DNA of 61,336 bases, from positions 984,347-1,045,682 of the forward strand of contig NW_018404373.1 of the NCBI RefSeq assembly GCF_002113885.1. Direction: 5' to 3'. Both the position numbers and the translations under genes were made by a program. Under the pieces are notes generated by a model. That model worked only from the letters and a program-made list of their open reading frames with translations. It searched no databases and was not told the DNA's origin. Positions 44,696 through 57,500 of the stretch are shown piece after piece (position 1 is the stretch's first letter; every line of letters begins with the position of its first letter). This DNA is from Mizuhopecten yessoensis. Taxonomy: Eukaryota.

Positions 44696-45569
44696 CAATC
44701 CTATTTGGAATAAGATGGTATCAACTCTTGTCTTTTTGATATAGCTGACTGACAGCTTCGTCTAGTGCTAGTGGTCAAAGAAATGAATGTTAATATACAT
44801 TACAAACAAATCAATCTGATCGGCCTACTCAAGTATTGTTAGTATGACACACATCTGCTCCTTTGTTATTCATCACACCGCATCAGGCAATATTACCCAA
44901 ACTGTTTGTAGGTAAATACATGGTATGTGGTGCAAGTGACATATTTGCCTAGCCAAACCCCCACTCGATGTGGCAAGCACATTAAAATTATATCTTACAT
45001 TCTTGTGATTTTGCTCAGCAGCGAGCTAGGATAGCTTTTCTTGTTTACCTCGAGACATTTATTTCCGGTTGGTAAATTAGAGTTATCTTTCTTGTCACTA
45101 ATGTAAACAGTTAACTTCATGAAGATACGTTTCGAATAAAAAGTTTTAAAACGGAAAACCAATTTATGCATATTAGATGATAGAAAGCCATAATGAAAAA
45201 AAAAACAAATATACAAGCGTTATCTAACGTAAGGGTAGATATAAATTGAGATATGAATAATGTCAAACTTTCTTGAAATGAACATTTTATTTACAAATGC
45301 TCTCCATACTTTCCTAACTGACTGATATGATGAGGTGTTCCTTTTTGGTTACTATTCCAACTGAACCTGTCTCAGCTCAATATGGGGAAAATAACTGAAT
45401 ATGTTGTATAATATTTTGATATAACTAACTATCTCCTTTTCATTTTCCAGTTACTAAAAAATAGATATATCTTTTCAACACAATCAAAGTGAACCAAGAT
45501 TCCAACATGTAAATTTCTTTGAAACACTAATACGTCGATTCAATTGCGGAAACCATATCTACGACTTTA

Positions 45570-45646
45570 ACCTAATATTCTGTATTAGTATTTCTATGCT
45601 ATATATTATATATTTGGCATAGAAATACTAATACAGAATATTAGGT
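45570..45646. repeat. Perfect 30-bp inverted repeat with 17-nt spacer
   Basis: ACCTAATATTCTGTATTAGTATTTCTATGC / GCATAGAAATACTAATACAGAATATTAGGT. Confidence 0.9.
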
Positions 45647-46179
45647 AAAAGACTGAAAATTGTAAAAACTTTTCACATCCCAATTAATCTGCATAATAAA
45701 CCAGCTTAAACTGTATAAATGCACAGAAATGTTTAGAATTTATAACATAACTTTTTATTTCGAGATAATCATATGTATACACTTATTTTTTACGGATTCG
45801 TTTGTCCTTTAAATCTACATTTAAACTGTTCAGATGTGACTGATATAAAAAGGAAAAATAATTATTGTCAATAGAAACACAATTTGAAATATAATATTTT
45901 TTACGACAAGATGGTCTTTTTAGACGGATGGCATTGTTAATTTGTGATATGAGCCGGTTCGGCAGGTACTAAATATAGCATATTGAAGCGTTTTCTACTG
46001 ATGTAACAACTATCCTATTTGATGAGGTGTTGTAGACAGTGTCCATTTTAACTTTCCAGTTATGTGAAATTCTTCCAAAATGTTTCCATGAAAATTAACT
46101 CCCGTAAACAGACATGTAAATAGGAAGGTAACTCAATGATTAATTTCACAACGGTAAAAGTACATATTGTTTGCGTTTG

Positions 46180-46380
46180 TGACGTTACGTTTTTCCCGTA
46201 AAAAGTTAACTATGACGTCATATTGCTTGACGTTAGTTCCGCTTCTACGATCAGCTGTGCATTGTTTACATTTGACTTGATTCACGTGTTTATAGTGTCG
46301 ATGTTTTGACCAAGAAACGGAAATCAAAATTACCTATGTTCAACATAGACAACCGAAACATTGGTGCTGAAAATGGCGAA
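46180..46380 (+). promoter_or_regulatory. Putative promoter of the uncharacterised gene
   Basis: CRE TGACGTCA (46213-20) flanked by TGACGTTA (46180, 46228), a CACGTG, a YY1-like AAATGGCG (46371), and local CpG enrichment. Confidence 0.5.
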
Positions 46381-47614
46381 CGTCTGTACAGCATCCTAGG
46401 ATTATTGTCTAGACGCCCAAATATCGCTTGGAAAGGTGTGAGTTTTTACTTAGAGAGATGTCCATCTTGTTGGACAGTGGAAACACTGAAAACAAACCTC
46501 GATTGTGTGCTACAGATGGACACAATAATCTCCAAATAAACCAGACAGTTATAGGGTAAGTACACACTGCGTTGTAGCTAGTGGTTGGTATACAGTAGTT
46601 CTAATCCATTTTCTCCTCTGAATATTGACCTGAAAAGTGGATAGGGAGTTAATGAAAGCATACGTTATAACAATAATAAACCTTAATAAATGGTGTTTAA
46701 GCCAATAATATACGTTTTTACCTTTTTGCATTATCTCCTCTCCGACAGATTTCTATCCGAGTTCGTCTCAGTAGGCCTACATCGTGTTCCCTACCCAGGT
46801 ACTGGCGAAAGTGAAAACAAGGTATACATGAACTGCTTACATGTAATTTAATACATAAACAGAATCATCTTTTATGCAGTGATTTTATTATTCACGATAT
46901 TCAGTGTGTGTAAATCAATATTTGTTATATATATTTGGTTGTGTTTAAGCACAGTAACATAGAGTAAGTATAAGTTTCCCAGCTGAATTAGGACAATTGC
47001 TGTAGTTTGGAGGTCCTTGGTTCGAAGCCCACCGTTTATCGTCCTGTTACAATGGTATTTGTTGTGTTTTAATATTGCAGTGTTATATTTGTTTTCTTTT
47101 AATAAGAATCAAAATATTTAAGCCAACCTATATTTACCCCCAAAAGAATCAAATTGACCACCAAAATTACCGATAGCTTCTGCACATGTCTACCTGCCAT
47201 AATTCTTTCACTTTACGCTATTTTCCAATGACTTCCTAAAGCCTTGGCTAGACCGCTACTTTAACGTCCATGTACATAAATAGGAACAATACCAACAAGC
47301 CCAAAACATTATTATTGATAGTGAAAGGATTAATATTTCATATTAATTTTTCATCCATATTGCTTTCAAATTGAATTTCAATTCATTTTTCTTCTGGAGA
47401 AATCTTGTGGAAAAATGTATCAAAAAAGTGTTGAAATCGAAAATATAATTCAATATCTAGCGAGGAATAAGACAAGGTTCTTTTGTTTCTTGTTGACTTT
47501 CTGCAAAACTTGTTATAGTATTGTTTTCCTTTGTCCATATTTAAAATTGAGTTGCATGTATAAGGTTCAACGATACTGGAAGAATAAGAAAGGTCATTGA
47601 TATCGTGATATATA

Positions 47615-47983
47615 TGTAGCGGAACAACACAGAGGTCCACGTGAGTCGTTCGCTGGCGACAAGGAAGCTCAGTTGCCTAGTGCATTCGTCGAGAGTTTGG
47701 AGGGTCCCGGTTCAAATCCTGGTCTGGTCGTGCATTTCCCGCTTTTATTACAAAATCGGTGCCTGTGACCAACCTTTGTTGAAACTAATGTGCGACTACT
47801 TGCTAAGGGGATGCGCGAACCTTGGTTGTAATTAGTGTTGTCTGGAGGAAGGATTGTAGCGGAATTGGACTGGGTCATTTGCCGGCGACCAGGTAGCTCA
47901 ATTGGTAGAGTGTTCATCTAGAGTTCGGAGGGTCCCGGCTTCAAATCCCGGTCTGAACATGCATTTTCCTCGCTCCAATTGTA
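47615..47983 (+). mobile_element. TRIM with tRNA-like LTRs (Helenus-like)
   Basis: LTR1 TGTAGCGGAA...TTACA (47615-47752); PBS-like CGGTGCCTGTGACC (47757-70); PPT GGAGGAAGGA (47844-53); LTR2 starts TGTAGCGGAA at 47855. Both LTRs carry A/B-box tRNA-like cores. Confidence 0.7.
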
Positions 47984-48198
47984 TTTATTATATCACAGAG
48001 TTCCTATTTGACGAAATACGAGGTTTTGTTATTGACCCAAGACCCATATTTCCCCACGTCCCCCTCCATGTCCCATAGCCTTTATTATTTGCTCACCAAC
48101 TTATTTGATGCTATCACTGTTCGTAAAGACACAAAATACCTTTTGGACATAAACAAGTAAAATTATCTTGGTGATGACTTTCTCAATACAACATCAAG

Positions 48199-51100
48199 AT
48201 GTCATCATTTTTCAAAGACAATCACGACGAACCGTCCAAGTTAATATGGATTATTTGCAGGTAAATTAAGAATTATTCGTATTTCAAACTATTTTCCAGT
48301 TGTTGATTGCTCAAAGAGATATATAGAATGATGTACTGGCCGACTTTGTCATCTGATTCAGGTAACCAGTGCGCACGACGAGGCCCTGAAGACTGTGGGG
48401 TACGGCCGACTGGAGAAACCATGCACCGTCTACTATAACAATCCTTTTGATCCAAGACTGTAAGCAGGATGCTTTTTGTATGAACGATATTCCTGAGCGG
48501 TATAAAATTATAATTCATATGTTGTGAAGTTTCCGTTTGTAAAAAAAAGGAAAAGAGGGAAGAATGAAGGAATGAAGGCAGGGAAAGAATTACATATTTT
48601 TATTATTTCGAATTTAAATGGTAGAGGGGTCGAGGCGAAGGTCTTTTTTCCAGGAAATATTCCTTATATCTAAAACTGGTACTTAACAGGAGTTTTTACC
48701 CATATTAGGGAAAGTGTGTGTGTTAGCGTCATTAAAACGTTTCTTTTTGAAATGAAATTAAAATCTCATGCCAATATTTCCGAATGAAAAAGTAAATAAT
48801 AGACGATAATATTGTCTTTTTAGAACGTTTGATGGACTTGGCCATCTTTTAACTGCCACTGATACAGTAACAGGTTCCTTGTCAAAGGAGCAGCTAGCAC
48901 AGAACGTTTTCCTTGCTTTGGAAAACTCTGATGTGGTGATGGATGATTTGTTCAGTCAAAACCGGAACTTGTACCAGGCTCTGTGCAGCTCCACCGACTT
49001 GGGACTCAGTGTCGACCCGAATAGGTACAAATTGTTTCCAGAAATAGACGGAAACGTTTCAGAGGATGGATCGGAAGACTGTAAGCGTATGTTTGAAAAA
49101 ATATGCAGTCACCCGATCAAGGACCTTTGGACGCACACGCAGGAAGGAACAGAGAGGGTCACGTGCGATACAGATCGAAAGCCCGATTCGCCCGACCAAA
49201 CAGCTAAAAAGACCCATACAGCAAACGAGCATTGTCAGTGTGAAGCAGAAAAAAATTCGCCCAAGACCCATAATCTCCCAGAAAAGAATCCGCCCAAAAA
49301 CAAGATACGCTATTCCTACAAAAGACTTGAGGGCAAGAAAAAGTCAAGCGTAGAACCAGACCAGAATGCACTATATGACCTTATTGAACGCGATATAGAA
49401 CAGGTCCTGTCTGAGGAGTCGGACGAGGAAGACCGAGGGAGAATATCAGATTCCAAGGTCACTCCTATACATTTGATGACAGGCGACACTATGACTGGAG
49501 CCAGACTTACAGCGGAACCAAAATGTCCGAGAGAGTAAGTGATTTCTTACAGGTCGTAAATTATGATCTCTCATTCTATGTAATAAACATATATGAAACA
49601 GCGGTCAGGACGTTTTCCGTTTATTATATTTTCAATTTTATGTTATAGTTTTAAGATTGGACACAGTGTGATTTTGTTTTATTCAATACAACAACTAAAA
49701 TAATGACTTGAAAACGAATTGAAAACATTTGCAACAAAACGTCAAAATGTTATAGCTAAAGAATAAATGCACTTAGGCAAAACATATTACAGCGCAATTT
49801 GAATAATGTGATTCATTTCTTTTAAGAGTTACACAAACAGGAGAAGAGGCTACAAAGACAGAGCCTACATTGTCTGGTACCCGCAATGCCCAACACAAAG
49901 AACCACATTTCACCACGGCCGAGTTGAAGCACGGAGTGCGTCAAGTGCCTCTAGATCCTTGTCAAAATGACCCCGTCCAAACAACTACAACGAATGAAAC
50001 TGGATCAGCTTATAAAGAGGCAAAGATCCAGGAATTCAAGGAGGAGATGGAAAAAATTACTTCAAGGAAGGATGTTCCAAAAACTCTCGTCGTTACGGGA
50101 GATCCACACATAACGACCCAAAATAACGCCCCATCGCATATGGAGTATTCCGAATTCTCTCTGGACTCGATAGTAGCGAAGTCTGTGCTGAGGCCGAGCG
50201 TGCCATCGTTTTACCCCGGTTTCAACAAGGGAGGCACAGCCGCCATTGAGAATGAGCACATGTTTGTCAGGAAGACGCAGACGACCGCACACAACCGCGG
50301 TACTCGTCCGCCGCCAGGGATCGGTCAGAATACATATGGAGATCAGAATGGTGCACACAACGCTCAGGTATGTATAGTTTATCCTGAATTTTGTCTAAAG
50401 ATTATTACTTCTTATGGTAAATGTTACGGATGGTATTGATAATTATACGTAACTTTATGTCTGATTTTGCGGTAGAGCACTATTGACAGCATGAAGAAGT
50501 TTGACAACGATTCGAATGAGAAAGTAAACTGGAAAACGACATTGATAAAGTGGCATCACTAAGCAAGGAATAAAACGATTTTACATTGTCATAGCAACGG
50601 ACAATCATCAATTGTTCTTTTCTAATTTTATAAAGAGAATAAACTAAATGTGGAGTTGAAGTTTCACCAAAGGACGTAATTTTGAGCATTTTTTTCACAC
50701 GTATACGAGACAGTTACATTATTTAATCTAGATTACTTATATTATCACCAAAAATAGAGCAGTAAGATAGTTTTTTAAGTGAAACTATTTCAACATTTTT
50801 CGTCTGTGACTTTGGTGTAAATATTGATTTCCTATAACTGATGGTTTCTTGATTCAAGTCACACATTTTCTGTTGTAGGGACCTCCGAATTGGGCAAATA
50901 CATCAGCTGCTCCACAGACACAGAATACGGGGCACGTGGCTACAGGGAACTTTCAAAATCATAACACAGCCGCAATGCGCGACGCTACACAGAAGATAGA
51001 CTTCAGGTCAACATTGATCAACCCGCGACCATGTCATCAACCTGCAAATGTGAATAAGTTGCAACTGCAGCCAACTCATGCGGCGACTGCCGCGTTGTTG

Positions 51101-51616
51101 ATGGCGAACTGCATACAACAGTCCTCCGGGAAAGATGCAGTGTGTAATCAGCCGCAGCAACCTCTACAAAACAAGCCTCATAACGAATTCCTGCCCCCCA
51201 TCAGGCTTCAACAGTATCAGCAGCAATGCGGTCATCTCGGTATGCAGAATCCGTACCCAGGACATACAGCGAGGAATCCACCACCCGGCTTCAACGATAC
51301 TACTTATGCTCCCATGCGGAATCGTGATCACCTAAAGGCGCCCTATCGATCGGAACCGGGCCACCCAAAACATCACTTGCCTTTACAACAGCATCTAGCC
51401 TTCAGGTTTTCGGCGGAGCAAAGCTTCCAACATCAGCAACAGCAACAAACCATCGGTGGTAGATTCCCACAGCCCGCAGTCCAGAACGTGCATCAACACC
51501 ATCTCGTCCAGCAGCAGCTGCAGCAGCAGCAACAACAGCAGCACCACAATCATCAACAGCAGCAACAACAACAGCAGCATCAGCAGCAGCAGCAAAACCC
51601 ACTTCAGTTACAACAA

Positions 51617-51651
<35 letters not shown>

Positions 51652-52369
51652 CCATCAACACCCACATCACCCGCATCCCCCACTCCATCCCCTCCAACCG
51701 CAACAGCACTTTCTTAATCCCGAGGTTCCTCCGTTCCAGTACTTCAACAAGATGCCACAACAAACGAATGTGAACATGCGTGCTAACTTGCACCTCAATA
51801 TACAAGCGGAAAACACAAACCGTAATAACGCTAACGTTGATAGGTACGAGGAAAATGCGATACCGTTGATATCGTTCAACAGTTCCAGACTCGCTGAAGA
51901 TCCGACTGTAAAAGATACGCCAGCAGAAGATCCTGGAATGAAAACTGATACTCCATCAAATGATAGTGTTCGGATCAAACGCATGTCTGTGAGTGCAGAG
52001 TGTATACCGAGCCTCGTGAACGGCGACTGTAATAGGGAGAGCTCCAAAGACAAACACAGGGTCTCCAAGTTCCGGTCACGGCGTTCAAATCTTGTGCGAA
52101 TTTACCCTTCTTAAGACTGTTCATAAATATATAGGACATTCATATTACGTTAATATAAAATGTTTTCAATTATTTGCTCTCTGAGATGATGTTAATATAC
52201 TTTAAATGCTTGTTTTGTTTCGTTGATATGCGGTATTTCTGTTACAAAGAAGTTAAAATTTAGTTTGCTAGTTACCTTATGTTTCTTATTTATTTGTCAG
52301 AATAAGTCAACAGATGATTCAAACAGGTATGAAGACAACGATATCGTACATTTACACTTAGCGGTATAA
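48199..52369 (+). CDS. Uncharacterised ~865-aa low-complexity Q/H-rich protein
   Basis: Phase-consistent exons 48199-48260, 48824-49534, 49827-50367, 50879-52093 and probably 52301-52369 (alternatively read-through to the stop at 52114); elevated GC in the exons; no recognisable globular domain. Confidence 0.75.
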
Positions 52370-52379
52370 TTCACACACA

Positions 52380-52745
52380 GATATAAGTCCAAACATTTAG
52401 ATTGAGACAAGCGGTAACTCACACAGAGAGAAAAGTAAAAACACTCTAACAGATAGACCGAGTCAACTGCTAACCTACACAGAGAGAGAAAAAAGAACAA
52501 AGTACAAACATTTAGATTGTGCCAAACGATAACTCACGCAGAGAAAGAAAGGTTAAAAATGTCAAAACATTTAGAATGGACCGAGCGGTAACTCACACTG
52601 AGAAAGAAAGGTAAAAATGTCCAATTATTTAGATTTGGACAAGCGGTAACTCACGCAGAAAGAAAATGGTAAAAATGTCTAAACATTTAGACTGAGTCAA
52701 TCTGCAGTTTACACGGAGAGTGTTACCAAAGTCAAAACATTTAGA
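52380..52745. repeat. Degenerate ~58-bp tandem repeat
   Basis: AAACATTTAGA...GCGGTAACTCAC.CAGAGA..AAA recurs about 6 times. Confidence 0.7.
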
Positions 52746-54591
52746 CGCCTAAATGATAGCGCAGGGGTCTTAACTTAGGAGCAAATCGAAGTACCCGGAG
52801 AAAACCCACATGGTCGGGCCGGTGACCCAATACATTTTCACGTTCGATCAGGGATTCGAACCCCGGACGTTTTTGTGCGCTATTATTTGAACATGCATGC
52901 AGTGTCTTTAAAATTAGTAAAAGATCAATTCCTTCAAATCTAGTGAACAGTCAAGCTCTAAAACAATATACAAATGGTTCTTGGTTATCTTGACCATTCC
53001 ACTAAGTTTGACATCATAGGACATTTTTTCTATCAATCCCAAGAAAACAGAAATTAACTTAGCGTTGTTGATGATGAAGATCATGGATTTTGAATTTGAA
53101 TAATGGAGTATCTAAATATGTACATGCTATACTAAAGCTTGCTATTCAGCGATACAAATAACAAAAACATTGGGGGTCTGTACTACTCGCTGTATTTTTG
53201 CCACGATTTGATAAAAAAAACACATTTTTTTCAAGCAAAACAGTATAAAGTTAGTCTAGAAACAATAGGAACATAAAAAGCTCAGAATAAATCACAGAGT
53301 AAAAATGTTATACGTGTGGTTATGAAATCATTTCTTTTGATAACCAATCAAAAACAAAATAAGTGCATTTTTCATCCGAGATACTGAATTATGTCGTATA
53401 TATATATATATATTGGCCACATCCATTGTATATACCCGCCTAAAATCAGCGGCTCTCCTTAATCTTTACGTACAACGTGACCGACAAGGACAACTGTTAA
53501 TTACTGCTATGCTGTATATATGATAAGCATGGCAATGTATCTATCATATCCTTCCTCATTCTTGATAGTAACACCCCTGTTCTCCCAATTTTACGGTGTA
53601 TCCTTTTTACAGTCGATTCTGCATGTATTCAAGAGCTTGTTCTGATATCAACTGATGAGATTTCGTTATAGATTTCAACTGATCATTGCCACACCTACAA
53701 CCAATTAAGGGTTTCGAGAAATCTGGATGCAGATTGATGAAGAAAATTATTAAGTTTGAAAGTCACCATCATCATCATCTCATGGGGAAATATTCTTTAT
53801 CTTTGTGTGATATAATATAAGCATTAAAGCAAAACCCGCACACTAATCTCCTCGGAAATACGAACAGTAACACAAAACGAAAATAATTTGAACTATATAT
53901 ATAATTTATGAAGCCAAATTGTTACGGTTAATTTTTGGTTTGAAAACATAGCTGTAAATAGAAAGGACTTTCATGGGGAAAATATTTGACTCGAATTTGA
54001 TCAACTTATAATCTGTCAGAAGATCAATTAATTGCTATAACAGCTTGAAAAGAGTACATATATATATATATATATCGATCCAGTCCAGTCGTAAAATAAA
54101 CTTCAAGCGAGTCATATATCATTTTATCATTGAAAATAAACATCATATTTTGATTTGAGATTTAAGTGCATTTCTTACAGATACAGTGTATATGGCACCT
54201 CTTGTTATTCTCATTCTTAGGGCAAATGAATTCAGAAATAGTAAAACTGCAATGTACTGTACATTATTTAACGTGAAGTTAAACTTCTTCATAACTATAG
54301 TTGGATGTATACATTATTTATGTGATGGTTGATAAACATTTTATATTTTAAATGAGTATACGTGTTGGCCTTTTTCCAAACTCTGGAAAAAAAATTGTGT
54401 ATCATATTTATGAGGGGAAAACCTCCTTAAAAATAATGTTGAACTCTTCAGTGTGGAGATCGTAAAAGCGATTGTTTACAAACGGCGGCATCAGCAGTCA
54501 AGCAGTAGTTATTTGCGGAGCAAAACATTTTGTATTATTCAATTATTTGAAGTGTCTGAAACACATAAACCAAAGGCACAAACTAATAACA

Positions 54592-57500
54592 ATGGCGGAC
54601 GCTAACGACGATGACAAACCATCCGTAACTGTCGCATCCAAAGTATCATTTGCAGAACTCTGTGGACTGCTTGAGAAAATATCCAAAACACAAGGAAATG
54701 ACAAAAAGAAACGAATTTTAACAGAATTTGTTGATAAATGGAGAGATTTTCATAACTCACTACACAAAGACGATAAAAAAGACACGGTAAGGTTGATACT
54801 AAGTATAGACACGGACTTAGACAATTCCGTGGTATAGATGAGCAAATATATTCTATAGCCTAGACGTCAGCTGATCATAGTGTTACAGACAAAAATAATA
54901 AGAAAGATAAATAGAATGTCTAAAATACACATGCTAGCATAGTATGGTTAGATATGCTGTGACCCATATTAGTATGTGTAGTTCAGACATTTGTAATGAA
55001 CCCCTGTGATACATAACCTGGGAACAATCAAGGTCTAGTGTGATCAGTTGCTGGATTAGCCTAAGTTTCCTCTGGCCCTAACACCAGACTTAGACATTTT
55101 GACCTACAGATGTCTGGTGTGGGTCCAGAGCACACTGCTATATGAAAACGTGGAATTCTCCAACACCGTGGCTTTAGGTATCGGAGAGTTATGAGGTGCT
55201 GTCAGACAACCAAAATTTACTATGACACAGCACATACCTCACATATATCGATAAATGGATTATTTATTGATTCAAATCAGTTCTTATTATCATTAACAGC
55301 TGCTAAATTCCGCCAGTCAGCGTCCTCGATTTTCAATCGTTCAAAATTTCTCGCCTGAGCGAATGCCATTTTTGTAGGTCATGGGGTGACTAATCAACAA
55401 ACCGTACTGATCTGCATCGAAAACGGAATATACAATTCTTGTTTAGAAGATTTCAGGACCGCGTCTTTTTGTTGATTAGTCACTTCATGATACCAAACGG
55501 TGTCAGAGAATTCGGCGTTTTCATAGTAGCAGTGCGCTCTGTCCCCATACCAGACATCTATAACCACATACTTATTATAGATACCTAATCTAATTCCGTG
55601 CTATAACCAACTGAGATACCTTGTCAATGGCAATTACCTCAGTCAAGTTCCACTACAATAACATGTCATATAGCTAGCTTGATCATAAGATAAAAAAAAA
55701 AAAAGTCCACTAATTTGATTTAAAACTAACCATATAATCAAGGGCTTTTAAATTCTAGTTGGTCAGCCATTGGCCAGGTTTGCTATTTATATTGAGGGAG
55801 TTTACCAGGTAGGTTAGGGGGTAATGGAGTTAATGCCCCAAACAACAAAAATCACTCACTTGACTACATGGCATATAATCCATCTTACTGAGGATGCTTA
55901 AGCTTCAGAATATTGTTTCAGGGCTTTCTATGGAAACTTTTTGGGGCCAATAATGGGGCCCATTCCCAAAGGAAACAGTTTGTATTTATTCCTATTTTCC
56001 AAAGATTGCAGTTTACACCAGAAGATTTCCTTCCAAATTTGTAAATATATTTTCATCCCAAAATAAGTCAAACAGGCCCCATCCCAAATTAATGGGAAAG
56101 AACTCTGTGTGTATAGACTTCTAACATCAGCATTTGCGTCCTAGGTAACATTGGGTTACCAAGTTTGAAGCCCCAAGGCAAAATTGCAAAATAAACAGAT
56201 GAAAGCAAAGTTAAAGAGTAACATCCTTCATGTTGTTTACCAACAGTGTCTGGGCTTTACTTTTACCTGAACATCCCATCTGCTACACCCATTGAAATAT
56301 TTGGGATCTATATATTTTCTTTCTACTTCGTAACAAGCCTTTTGTTTAGCTACCATAGCGCAACTGATTGTCTAAATTGTCTCCCCCTACCTCCAAAAAA
56401 CCCCTGTGTTATATCAAATATTACTGTATGGTACCTTATAACCAATGGGTACATTGGTCAGAAATCTTGACTGGCATTGGCAATGTTTTTGACTTTTTCT
56501 GAGTGTATGGTGAAAGGGCATTTCCCTTTAACTCAGAAGGGTATTAGATAGCTGGTGATCTTAAGACTAGTTTTGACTTCTAGCTCAGGGATTTAAAATG
56601 ATTGGTCCATGGTTACTATTGTCAACTTTAGGTTTAATGATTATTTTCTTTCAGACTGATTCCTTTTATCCTGCCATGCGATTGTTACTTCCTCACCATG
56701 AGAAGGAGAGAGTGGCATACGGAATAAAAGAGGTATATTGTATTACGTCTGACGTTTTTATAAAGGAAAAGGCCTCATAAATTGTTGTCAAGTTGCATTT
56801 TAGAAAAAAAATATTATTTTGTTACAGAAATATTTATAACATGGAATCAACTGACTTGTAGAATGTGATTGTATCTATTTAATTTGAAGAAAAAAAGTAA
56901 AAGCTGACAATTCATTTTGTTTCGATTTTGATGATGATAAATTCATGCTTGCCAACTCTTTTGGAGGAAGACTGCCAATTTTGGACCCTTAAATTTAGTA
57001 TTTTCAACCAGTGAATTTGCTAAACTATTCCTGTATTCTAAGATCTAATCATTTCACCTGAAAGAACAACTCAAAAGATGTCGTTTTAAAGGGTCATATT
57101 GTGTCTAGGTGGTATACACACATTTTGTGTCTAGGTGGTATACACACATTTTGTTTATGTTTTAATTTTGACTGTGCAGAATCTCCCCCATGGAATTTTC
57201 AAAAAGTTGGCGAGTATGTATATATCAATTTTTGAGTTGTACATTAGTAATTCCTCAGTCAAATTAGAGAAGTTTTAATGAAAGGCAGTTTCTTCATATG
57301 TGACTGTGCAGCAATTTTTAGCCGTAGTCTGATCGTTTAGGCTGCGAGTTAACATTTTGATTTGAAATATTGTGTTGTTGCTCGTAACTGAAATAAATGT
57401 TATTTTTGTTTCCTTGGATGCCTTAATAAAATCATGTCCAAATCCATGTTTTTATCTTTACAGCATATGTTGGCCAAACTACTGATCGAGGTGTTGTGTT

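Noticed and set aside
47885-47955. Possible tRNA gene
   Set aside because: A/B boxes are present but there is no clean acceptor stem; it is part of a duplicated LTR-like unit.
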